NCBI GenBank assembly: GCA_938045545.1
Contig: CALIBN010000003.1
Span: forward strand, 1-16,370
Source: an uncultured archaeon
Lineage (GTDB): Archaea > Thermoproteota > EX4484-205 > JAAOZP01
Direction: 5' to 3'
DNA: 16,370 nucleotides
Positions 8,922 to 16,088 of the stretch are shown here, piece after piece (position 1 is the stretch's first letter; each line of letters starts with the position of its first letter). Position numbers and translations under genes: made by a program. The notes beneath the pieces are model-generated. The model did no database searches, was not told the DNA's origin, and was given only the letters and a program-made list of their open reading frames with translations.

Positions 8922-9491
8922 ATGAGCTTTGACGAGGAGGATAAAAAGATCATATCGATCCTTCAGGAAGACGGCCGGACGCCCCTCTCAGCGATGGGTA
9001 AAGAGCTTGGCTTGTCGCATGTAGCCGTGGGAAAAAGGTTGGATAAGCTTTGTGAAAAACTGGTTAAGGTTTCAGCCGGGCTGAACGCGGAATATTTAGG
9101 TTTCCGCATCGCCATCGTGAACGCGGAGGTTGAAACTCCTAAACGTCTACGGGAGCTTGTAGACATGTTTTCCAAGTGTCCCAGAATGGTTTTCTTAACC
9201 ATGACGACCGGCGCCTACAATCTGATGACAATCATGGTGGCGGAAGACGCTGACACGCTGAACGCCATAATAGAAAGATGCTCCGTTAGGGCGCGGAAGG
9301 GCGGCATTAGGCGTTCGGAAGCCGTAATAGGCGAGGCGCCAGTGGTTCCCAGATACTTGCCGATAAAGGTGGTTGCAACCAGAACGGATGAGGATGCGCC
9401 GTGCGGGATTAATTGCGGGAGATGTTTACGCTACAACGAGAAGAAGTGTTTAGGCTGTCCGTCGACAAAATATTATCGAGGACCGCTTTAG
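8922..9491 (+). CDS. Lrp/AsnC family regulator with Cys-rich C-terminal tail
   Basis: DEEDKKIISILQEDGRTPLSAMGKELGLS HTH, RAM domain with TTGAYNL, and tail APCGINCGRC...KCLGC. Confidence 0.9.
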   Translation: MSFDEEDKKIISILQEDGRTPLSAMGKELGLSHVAVGKRLDKLCEKLVKVSAGLNAEYLGFRIAIVNAEVETPKRLRELVDMFSKCPRMVFLTMTTGAYNLMTIMVAEDADTLNAIIERCSVRARKGGIRRSEAVIGEAPVVPRYLPIKVVATRTDEDAPCGINCGRCLRYNEKKCLGCPSTKYYRGPL

Positions 9492-9547
9492 CCTTTTAGA
9501 CAACGTTTAATCGTATTGAGCGTCGCAACATTCATGGCGCATGCTAT

Positions 9548-11146
9548 TCAGAGATTCTTAACCATATAGGTGCCGTCGAAAAAGTAGCCAAGCCTCCTGT
9601 AGTATTCCCTTACCCCAACAGCCGAGGTTACAAGCATTTTACGGGCGCCTTGGCTTCTAGCCAGCTCCTCGGCTTCAGCCATAAGCCTCGCACCCAGACC
9701 CTTATGCTGCCACGACTCCCCGCTTCTAGCTTTAAGAGGCAGAGCCCTCCCAAGGGCCTTCAACTCCCTAACTATCATCGAGCAGGCCTCCTTGACCTCC
9801 TGCCTATGAGCTTTCGCAGAAGGTTCTCTAAGCCTCAGATAGGCGAGAAGCACGTCGTTCTCAACATCTTCGAAGCTGAGGAAATACTCCACCCCTTCTG
9901 AGGCCACGTATCTTCTCACGAGAAGCTTAACGTTCTCAGGATTAGCCTTAGCCTTCGCGAAGCCCGCCTCTCTGCATCTTATGCAGCGGCACCTAGCTCC
10001 TTTTGATTCAAGAACCCTGTGGGCGAGCTCTCTGAGGTTGCTCTTCTTAACTCCGGCGGCAATAGCGTATGCAGGAATATCCCTCTGAACCCTCATAACC
10101 CTTACCCAAGGCGGAGTAAACTCGAGAACCCTGGCAACCAGTTGAGCAGCCTCTTCGTCTTCAAGCGGCCTGTATTCCCCCCTAATCCAAGCCTCGTAAA
10201 GCCCTGTCCCCTCAACAACTAGAGTAGGGTAGATCTTAACCATGTCCGGCTTAAACCTTTCATCGAAAAAAAGGGTTTTAAAGTCTTCGATAGATTCTTC
10301 AAAGCTGAGGCCCGGTAGCCCAGGCATCATGTGTGCAACAATCTTCAGGCCAGCATCCTTGGCAACCCTAAACGCGTGAACAGTATCCTTGACGCTATGT
10401 CCCCTATTAACAAGATTCAGAACCTCGTCCCTAAGCGTTTGAACACCTATTTCAACCCTTGTAACACCCATTTTAAGCATCGCATCCACATGCTCCTCCC
10501 TGCAGTAGTCAGGCCTCGTCTCAAAAGTCAAGCCTACGCACCTTACTCTCGAGGACTCGTTGAGCCGTTGAGCCTCCTCCAGGGAGGATGACGCCGCGCC
10601 GTTTAAAGCGTCGAAACAACCTTTAACAAAAGCCTCCTGGTATTCCAAGGGGGCGGCGGGAAAAGTCCCACCCATCACTATCAGCTCAGCCTTCTGCACA
10701 GCATGCCCACCGGCCTCAAGCTGCCTAATCCTCTGGGAAACCTGTTTGAAAGCATCATAATCGTTCTGAATAGCCCTCATCGCAGCCGGCTCAAGACCAG
10801 TATAGCTTTGAGGAGTATTCCTAGAGGGGCCTCCTGGACAGTAGAAGCATCTCCCATGCGGACAGGGCATCGGCATGGTCATCACCGCTACAACAACCAC
10901 GCCCGAGGAGCTCCTAGAAGGTTTAACCATCAGAATATTCCTAAGCCTCTCCCTAAGGCTCTCCGGAGCACTCGTAAGAATATCGCTGTTAGAAGGAACC
11001 ATTGGAAGCCTGAACCTCGATGAAACCATGAGCTTAACCCTATGAACCATCCTCCTATCCACATGATCCCCAAAAGCCAGGAGGCTAGCGATCTCTCTAC
11101 ATGCAGCCCAGTAGTCGCCTGCCTTAACAGTCTCCTCCGACTCCAT
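9548..11146 (-). CDS. elp3: Elp3 tRNA uridine(34) acetyltransferase (radical SAM + GNAT)
   Basis: SGVVVVAVMTMPMPCPHGRCFYCPGG, PQSYTGLEPA, ETRPDYC, KIYPTLV, MRVQRDIP, CRCIRCRE and WQHKGLG. Confidence 0.96.
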   Translation of the reverse strand: MESEETVKAGDYWAACREIASLLAFGDHVDRRMVHRVKLMVSSRFRLPMVPSNSDILTSAPESLRERLRNILMVKPSRSSSGVVVVAVMTMPMPCPHGRCFYCPGGPSRNTPQSYTGLEPAAMRAIQNDYDAFKQVSQRIRQLEAGGHAVQKAELIVMGGTFPAAPLEYQEAFVKGCFDALNGAASSSLEEAQRLNESSRVRCVGLTFETRPDYCREEHVDAMLKMGVTRVEIGVQTLRDEVLNLVNRGHSVKDTVHAFRVAKDAGLKIVAHMMPGLPGLSFEESIEDFKTLFFDERFKPDMVKIYPTLVVEGTGLYEAWIRGEYRPLEDEEAAQLVARVLEFTPPWVRVMRVQRDIPAYAIAAGVKKSNLRELAHRVLESKGARCRCIRCREAGFAKAKANPENVKLLVRRYVASEGVEYFLSFEDVENDVLLAYLRLREPSAKAHRQEVKEACSMIVRELKALGRALPLKARSGESWQHKGLGARLMAEAEELARSQGARKMLVTSAVGVREYYRRLGYFFDGTYMVKNL

Positions 11147-11213
11147 TCTAACTCGTTGCTAACTCTTAGAAGCCATTCGGCTTTTAAACTTGCAGCGTGC
11201 ACTCTCTAACAGC

Positions 11214-11657
11214 CTAGGTCAAACACAGTGTCTCCAGACCCTCCGCCATGCTCGCCTCAGCAAGCTTCACGTCTCCAGTCACAAGCATATGTGCACCAAC
11301 TTGTTTCGCAGAAACTATTTGAATAGCGTCAGCAACGTAAATATGGCGGTTGAAAACAAGCTTTACAGATTCCCTTATGATTTTCGGCGTCACGTTAACC
11401 ATGTTCGCAGAACGCATCCTGAAAAGCATTCTTAGCTCCCTCAGCATCATCCTGAAAACCTCAGTGCTTTTCAAACCCAGTTTCTCCCCATACTTGTCGA
11501 ATACTACGGCTGCCTCGCCAACATTCCAGTATGAGAAGGCTATTACAATCGAACCTTTATGCGCCCTGTTAAACAAGTCGTCCACCATCTGGCTCCCACG
11601 CTCTTCGACGTACCTCTTAACAATGACGCTCGTATCCAAGTAGTAGCGCTCACTCAA
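11214..11657 (-). CDS. vapC: PIN-domain VapC-type toxin
   Basis: YYLDTSVIVKRYVEERGS, GEAA, YVADAIQI and LVTGD. Start reassigned to TTG 11657, which overlaps the antitoxin stop. Confidence 0.9.
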   Translation of the reverse strand: MSERYYLDTSVIVKRYVEERGSQMVDDLFNRAHKGSIVIAFSYWNVGEAAVVFDKYGEKLGLKSTEVFRMMLRELRMLFRMRSANMVNVTPKIIRESVKLVFNRHIYVADAIQIVSAKQVGAHMLVTGDVKLAEASMAEGLETLCLT

Positions 11658-11940
11658 AATAAACACCCGTCGCAGAGGATCTTTCCTCCCTAAGCTGCCT
11701 AACCAGCTTAGCAGAATCATATCCTTTCGGCCTTGAACTAGGTATATCAGCTGGGTCCAGTGGGTCTAGACTGCCTAAACCCAGATCCTCCGCCATCCCT
11801 TCAACCCATCTCGACGTTAATAAAGAGCCAAGAAACTCCTCGACAACCCTGCTTAAACTGGATCCTTCACCGGCCAATATTCCCTTAATCTCCCTGAGCA
11901 GGTTTTCATCAATGCTGAGAGTAAGCTTCCTTCTACCCAT
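11650..11940 (-). CDS. Ribbon-helix-helix antitoxin (DUF6364-like)
   Basis: RKLTLSIDENLL...SLSRVVEEFL RHH pattern and a DSAKLVRQLREER tail typical of archaeal VapB. ATG 11940 lies about 25 nt after a TTTATAT box (11972-11966). Confidence 0.82.
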   Translation of the reverse strand: MGRRKLTLSIDENLLREIKGILAGEGSSLSRVVEEFLGSLLTSRWVEGMAEDLGLGSLDPLDPADIPSSRPKGYDSAKLVRQLREERSSATGVYFE

Positions 11941-11966
11941 ATACGTATATCCGTACATACGTACAA
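11939..11966. promoter_or_regulatory. Probable autoregulatory operator of the RHH/PIN module
   Basis: Three 8-bp units (ACGTATAT, CCGTACAT, ACGTACAA; 11943-11966) and a 12-bp palindrome ATATACGTATAT (11939-11950) between the TATA box and the ATG. Confidence 0.6.
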
Positions 11967-12079
11967 TATAAACTTTTCCAAAGCATGATTAGCGTATGCA
12001 CCCGTCTAAAAGAACGCGGCTACAATAACCTCATCATGTCGGAATAATATTTTACCAAAACTTATATAGTGCCAAAAAA

Positions 12080-12095
12080 ATCAGATTATTCTGAT
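12080..12095. promoter_or_regulatory. Probable operator of the AbrB/PIN module
   Basis: ATCAGA-TTAT-TCTGAT inverted repeat overlapping the start codon, downstream of the CTTATATA box (12061-12068). Confidence 0.55.
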
Positions 12096-12318
12096 GAGTA
12101 AGATTATTCAGATTAGGAAGAGAAACGCCCTTTACTTACCGAAGGAAATAATTGAAAAAATGGGTATAAGGGAAGGGGATAAGCTCATGGTCGAGGTTAG
12201 TGAAAACAGCATTGTTCTAAGGCCGGTGAAGCAGCTTAAAATGGAAGAATATTGGAGCGAGACGAGGCCAGAGGAAGTAGAAGAAGTTGGGGAAGAGATC
12301 ACTAGACAACTATCCTAG
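12094..12318 (+). CDS. vapB: AbrB/MazE/SpoVT-family antitoxin
   Basis: IIQIRKRNALYLPKEIIEKMGIREGDKLMVEV...IVLRP, acidic C-terminus, directly upstream of a PIN gene. Confidence 0.9.
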   Translation: MSKIIQIRKRNALYLPKEIIEKMGIREGDKLMVEVSENSIVLRPVKQLKMEEYWSETRPEEVEEVGEEITRQLS

Positions 12319-12781
12319 AAAACTGATCTTAGACACCTCGTTCATACTCCCCTACTTGGGAATAAGAGTCATCAGCATAGAGGAAGAAGACTTGAAGAAA
12401 ATAACTGAAAATTACGAATTGCATTATCCCTTACTGCTACTGGTTGAATTACAAGGAGTCGTTTTTAAAGAAGCTAAAAAACTATCCTTAAAGGAAATCC
12501 CGAAGAAGGCTATTGACGGCTTTATTTCCCTAGTCTACGGGGAACAAGTGAAAATGATTCCCCCTGCTGAAGAGGATTTGAACACGAGCTACAACCTAAT
12601 TTCATCAGGCTGGAACGATATTTTCGATGCAATACTCTACGCTGTTTCAAAGAGGACGAGAATAAAAGTTCTAACGATGGATACGGCTTTCAGAAAGTTT
12701 TTGAAGGAGAATAAATTTGACCACGAGCTACTCGTTACCATGAACGAAATCGGATTTCGAACCACGAACCTGATCAATTAA
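12287..12781 (+). CDS. vapC: PIN-domain VapC-type toxin
   Basis: LILDTSFILP, LLVEL, DIFDAILYA and LTMD carry the PIN acidic residues. Exact start uncertain (TTG 12287). Confidence 0.88.
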   Translation: MGKRSLDNYPRKLILDTSFILPYLGIRVISIEEEDLKKITENYELHYPLLLLVELQGVVFKEAKKLSLKEIPKKAIDGFISLVYGEQVKMIPPAEEDLNTSYNLISSGWNDIFDAILYAVSKRTRIKVLTMDTAFRKFLKENKFDHELLVTMNEIGFRTTNLIN

Positions 12782-12823
12782 GGCATTTCCTCCATAATTG
12801 CTCTATTACTAAGAAATCATTTC

Positions 12824-12995
12824 CAGAATGTTTCCGTATTTCTTCCCTGAGAGAACACCTCGTTGAACATGCTTCTCAGAGGCTAAGCGCCTAGCAATCT
12901 CTCTGCAGGCAGCCAGTAATCACTTGTCTTAACGTTCTCCTTTGATCCATTCTAGTTCGGCGCTTAGAAACTATCCGGCTTATTAAATTTGCAGC
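12824..12995 (-). pseudogene. elp3: Decayed copy of the elp3 5' end and promoter
   Basis: 12867-12954 aligns by hand to 11061-11150 at 68/90 nt with two 1-nt deletions (M-SKENVKTSDY-AACREIARRLASEKHV vs MESEETVKAGDYWAACREIASLLAFGDHV). Similarity continues through the TATA region to TGCAGC (12995 vs 11196). 12824-12851 weakly matches 10931-10957 (LREEIR/NIL vs LRERLRNIL). Confidence 0.88.
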
Positions 12996-13154
12996 AGCCG
13001 AGTAGGAGAAAACAAGATATGGGGATTGGCATGAGAGTTACTCACAGTTTAAACCTACTGGCTTACGATTAGCGAGGCTACGGGATTCCTGATGAAGGCA
13101 GCAGAACCTGAAGCACGCGTTTAACCCGATTTTTCATTCACGCTAAAAGTGGTG

Positions 13155-13280
13155 TCATCCAGAGTGTCTCATACAAACGCTTGTTTCAATCCGGCTTTCT
13201 TCCGTTACCACTCCAAAAATGGACAGTGTTAACCCCATTGCCACTAACAGTAATGCCATTAAAATTAGGTTTCTCTGCAA
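13155..13280 (-). pseudogene. Short TTG-initiated ORF or N-terminal remnant of a membrane/secreted protein
   Basis: MQRNLILMALLLVAMGLTLSIFGVVTEESRIETSVCMRHSG. One clear hydrophobic helix, starting 3 nt after the MoaD-remnant stop. Confidence 0.4.
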
Positions 13281-13283
13281 CTT

Positions 13284-13355
13284 CTACCAACCCCCAGTTA
13301 TTGCGGGGAGGATCGTGATGACATCGCCGTCTTTCAACGTTGTTTCAAGTTGTCC
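13284..13355 (-). pseudogene. C-terminal remnant of a MoaD/ThiS/SAMP ubiquitin-like protein
   Basis: GQLETTLKDGDVITILPAITGGW* matches the LxDGDxVxxxPxxxGG end. There is an in-frame TAG a few codons upstream and no N-terminal part. Confidence 0.75.
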
Positions 13356-13425
13356 CGCGCGCGAAACCAGAGGCTATCCTTTTAATCAAAGTTAACGAAC
13401 CTATCAATTAGAGCTATTTCCTTCC

Positions 13426-13651
13426 ATAAAATCACTCCAGTAGCCCGCAGAAACTGTTAAAATACTTGATAAGGCGGTTTTAAAATCATCAGGCAAAAGG
13501 CTCACATATCATCATGATGAACGATAGAAGAGTTAGAATAGTGGTTCCCATGCATCCTGGAAAAGACGTGAAGCCAAGGCTCATCAACATAATCATAAAG
13601 GAAGCAGGCCTCACGAGAGAAGAATTCCTTAAACTTCTAAGAGAATTATGA
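13426..13651 (+). pseudogene. hicA: Frameshifted HicA-family toxin
   Basis: 13499-13651 reads GSHIIMMNDRRVRIVVPMHPGKDVKPRLINIIIKEAGLTREEFLKLLREL*. The upstream part (KITPVA.QKLLK.LDK.GFKIIRQ.) needs four 1-nt insertions to restore. No start codon or hicB visible. Confidence 0.85.
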
Positions 13652-13659
13652 TAAGCAGA

Positions 13660-13765
13660 TTCAACAAGTCCACAGAAACATTACTTCAAAAAAGACTAAG
13701 ACAAAAACAACACGTCAAATAAAACGAACAAGCCGTCAGAAAAGACTAACCTAGAACCATAGAAA
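13660..13765 (-). terminator. T-rich tract downstream of rps30e
   Basis: Several T4-T6 runs on the minus strand between the convergent hicA remnant and rps30e. Confidence 0.35.
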
Positions 13766-13768
13766 TAT

Positions 13769-13942
13769 CTAAACACGCATCTGCTTCCAAATCTGACCAG
13801 GCTGACGATTCAACACAACCCTCTTACGATAAATACTCCTAACCCTCCTACGCGGCATATCAGGAGGACGCTCCCGAGCCGCAACCCTAGGAGTAAGACT
13901 ACGAACTTTTCCCGCGAGTGTGACGTTGCCGTGGGTTACCAT
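13769..13942 (-). CDS. rps30e: 30S ribosomal protein eS30 (S30e)
   Basis: MVTHGNVTLAGKVRSLTPRV...PRRRVRSIYRKRVV matches the HGSLxxAGKVRxQTPK family motif. GAGGTG lies 9 nt upstream of ATG 13942. Confidence 0.92.
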   Translation of the reverse strand: MVTHGNVTLAGKVRSLTPRVAARERPPDMPRRRVRSIYRKRVVLNRQPGQIWKQMRV

Positions 13943-14219
13943 TCCCATCAACACCTCTCTATATTTTTCTGTGTTATAGAAACACGCGGACTTGCTTTTA
14001 AACATTTCTCAGAAGGTAGCGTGCTGCATTCTCAGGGATCGTAAGGAATAGGGTACTCTATGGTGACAACATAACTTGGAGCGCCGTTAGCCAGCGCGTT
14101 GCTTCAGTGTTTCAACTGCATATTCCGAAATCAGGGCTGGAGGAAATGTGGGGACTTAAGTGCATTTTCGAGGTCACTGTTTATGTGGTAGAAGTATGCC
14201 TGACTCGGGTAGGGAAGGC

Positions 14220-14885
14220 TTGTTAGAAATATTCGGGAAAGCGAAGAACCTTGGTATTCGTGGATCAAGTACGCTTGCCTTCAGCTTCATCATTTTCCCA
14301 ATTCTGGTTCCATGCATCGTGGGTGCGATGCTCGTCTTCAACTCACTCAGGGGATTGGCTGAGTGTTATGGGGAGGAGAAAATGTTTGGATATGCGTTCG
14401 GCGTTTTCCCCTACGCGATCGGACATGCGCTTTCGATGATCATGTTCCTCTCCGTCATCGTGGCCATTGTAGCATCCCACGGTCCTAAATTCCTACCTTG
14501 GCTTCTATTGGGCTTCCCACCAATGCTCATAGTGGTATGCTTCCTACCTTCTCTGATGGGAGCGATCCTCTTGGGAAGGGCTTTCGACATCCTTTCGAAA
14601 AAATCCGGCGAAGGGATGTTCAGAAAAATCGGCTTGCTTTTACCCGCAGATGCGATTTCGAAACTGATGGGCGCGGGCTTGAGGTGGAATCCACCGTTCC
14701 GGCCAACTGAAGCCTATATGTACGTGCTTTTCTTAATTTCAATGATGGGGGCTGTATCAATAGTTGCTTGGATGCTTGCTGCGAAAGCTTTTAGTAGACT
14801 TACCTTTGGAGAGTTTTTTGAAACACTTGTCAACGATTCTGGCACAGCGTGCTCTACATGTCAACTTTTAAAAGCCAATGAATGA
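14220..14885 (+). CDS. DUF996-family membrane protein (divergent; start uncertain among 14160, 14196, 14220)
   Basis: AKNLG, SLRGLAECYGEEKMF, RAFDILSKKSGEGMFRKIG and IVAWMLAAKAFSRL follow the DUF996 pattern. Confidence 0.72.
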   Translation: MLEIFGKAKNLGIRGSSTLAFSFIIFPILVPCIVGAMLVFNSLRGLAECYGEEKMFGYAFGVFPYAIGHALSMIMFLSVIVAIVASHGPKFLPWLLLGFPPMLIVVCFLPSLMGAILLGRAFDILSKKSGEGMFRKIGLLLPADAISKLMGAGLRWNPPFRPTEAYMYVLFLISMMGAVSIVAWMLAAKAFSRLTFGEFFETLVNDSGTACSTCQLLKANE

Positions 14886-14889
14886 AGGC

Positions 14890-15000
14890 TCACTTTATTT
14901 TCTTAGCTATTTCTATTGCTTTCTCCCTCTGCTTTCTACTGACGTAGAGACCTTGGTTGATGCAGGCATCTAGTATTTGAACATATTCCTCGATTGACTT
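14890..15000 (-). pseudogene. Detached C-terminal fragment of the DUF3368 PIN-like gene
   Basis: KSIEEYVQILDACINQGLYVSRKQREKAIEIAKKIK* fits the DUF3368 C-terminus (LDxLxxxGxxISxxxxExxxxxA). Same strand as the 5' fragment at 15764-16087. Not in the ORF track. Confidence 0.75.
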
Positions 15001-15013
15001 TGCGCGCGCAACT
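15000..15013 (+). repeat. 14-bp direct repeat, left copy (TTGCGCGCGCAACT; 12-bp palindromic core)
   Basis: Identical to 15782-15795. Confidence 0.85.
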
Positions 15014-15111
15014 GGTGCAACGAAGGATCTACTAAGTCACCTAACGGAACTTGCAAGAATGTATTCGGGGAGCCTAAGAATTTATATTGAAGGAAAACGT
15101 TGGATAGTAAA

Positions 15112-15720
15112 ATGACGCAATGGGGTCTAGTAATAAAGATTTCAAGTAAAGCTTCGCCTGAAGCTGCTAAGGTGCTTAAGAGACTTAAATGGCTTGACTT
15201 TGGCTGGGAGAGCATGGAAATTATGATGATGAAAGGCTTAAGATGCTTGCCGACGATCGTGTATACTGCAAGCAGGATAGATGTTTCCAGCCCGTACTGC
15301 GTATGGACTCCAACTCTTCTCCATGAGGAGCTATCCCCGCAATATACTCAAGAGGTTGAAAGGACGTTTGGCTTGCTGAAGCAGAGGGTTAAGGTCTGGA
15401 TAATCAGAAGCTCCGAGGAACCGGACTTCGCCAGATGGCCATGCGAGGTCTTGGATGTGAAAGAAGTTCAGGATGAGATAAACTGGCTTGCCGCACACGA
15501 TTTGATGTCGAAAGATAGTCCGGAGGACAGGAGAGTTGCCGAGATTATTGCCTCGAAACTTTATTGGGGCAGGGAGCTGACACTCGAAGAGAAGATTAAT
15601 GATGTGATAGACGACGAAAATCTTTTTGGAAAAAGGTTTGCTAATTTCTTCTCGAGAGCAGCCGAGGTTCATAGAAAGTACCCGAAGAGTAGGTTCTGGT
15701 TTTATGCCACTTCTGAGTAG
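15112..15720 (+). CDS. Hypothetical protein (ORFan)
   Basis: Open for more than 200 codons. TTTATATT box at about 15081-15088, roughly 25 nt before ATG 15112 (ORF track starts at TTG 15100). No family recognised. Confidence 0.7.
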   Translation: MTQWGLVIKISSKASPEAAKVLKRLKWLDFGWESMEIMMMKGLRCLPTIVYTASRIDVSSPYCVWTPTLLHEELSPQYTQEVERTFGLLKQRVKVWIIRSSEEPDFARWPCEVLDVKEVQDEINWLAAHDLMSKDSPEDRRVAEIIASKLYWGRELTLEEKINDVIDDENLFGKRFANFFSRAAEVHRKYPKSRFWFYATSE

Positions 15721-15763
15721 ACTGCTGAATCAGCATGAAGAACTTAAGAGTATCAACATGCTG

Positions 15764-16087
15764 TTAAATGGCGAACAGAGCTTGCGCGCGCAACTCCCTA
15801 GCCAAGGCTATGGAGTATGCTTCTCCAAGACCTAAGCCCATTTCCACCAGGTTTTCCTTCGGCTCAATTGAATGCTTTTCACTAGGATCCTTAAGCAGAA
15901 TCCATTCTTGACGGGCTTGGGAAATTGATGAGAAATCCTCTTCAGTAAGGAATTCCCGCTTATAAAGGTGAAGCATGTCCTGCTAGACGGATGGGCACAC
16001 ATCGATCAATCCATAGAAGTTTCTCAGGAGATTAAGTTTTCTGATTTTAACAAGGTATATGGGAGGCGTTGTGTTGGAAACAACCAT
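15764..16087 (-). pseudogene. 5' fragment of a DUF3368/PIN-like toxin gene with an internal amber codon
   Basis: MVVSNTTPPIYLVKIRKLNLLRNFYGLIDVCPSV*QDML...LGLGEAYSIALARELRAQALFAI*. TAG at 15985-15983. Starts 1 nt after the UPF0175 stop. Confidence 0.85.
15782..15795 (+). repeat. 14-bp direct repeat, right copy
   Basis: TTGCGCGCGCAACT, identical to 15000-15013. Encodes the ELRAQ segment of the PIN fragment on the minus strand. Confidence 0.85.
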
Positions 16088-16088
16088 G

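Noticed and set aside
13690-13749. AAAAGACTAA repeated 50 bp apart
   Set aside because: Short match in a low-complexity A-rich tract, so likely chance.
13284-13942. Ubiquitin-like remnant near eS30 as an echo of the eukaryotic FUBI-eS30 fusion
   Set aside because: The remnant is MoaD-type, lies about 400 bp downstream rather than upstream, is not fused, and has hicA debris in between.
14100-14200. Scattered cysteines (CFNC, KCG, CLCG) as a zinc-ribbon N-terminus of the DUF996 gene
   Set aside because: They lie in different frames with no coherent motif spacing.
14970-15215. 81-aa minus-strand ORF
   Set aside because: Mostly antisense to the ORFan. The meaningful reading at 14890-15000 is in another frame.
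15983-15985. In-frame TAG as possible pyrrolysine or stop-codon recoding
   Set aside because: TAG terminates intact genes here (lrp, rps30e, vapB), the gene is broken in other ways, and a TGG to TAG change is the simpler explanation.
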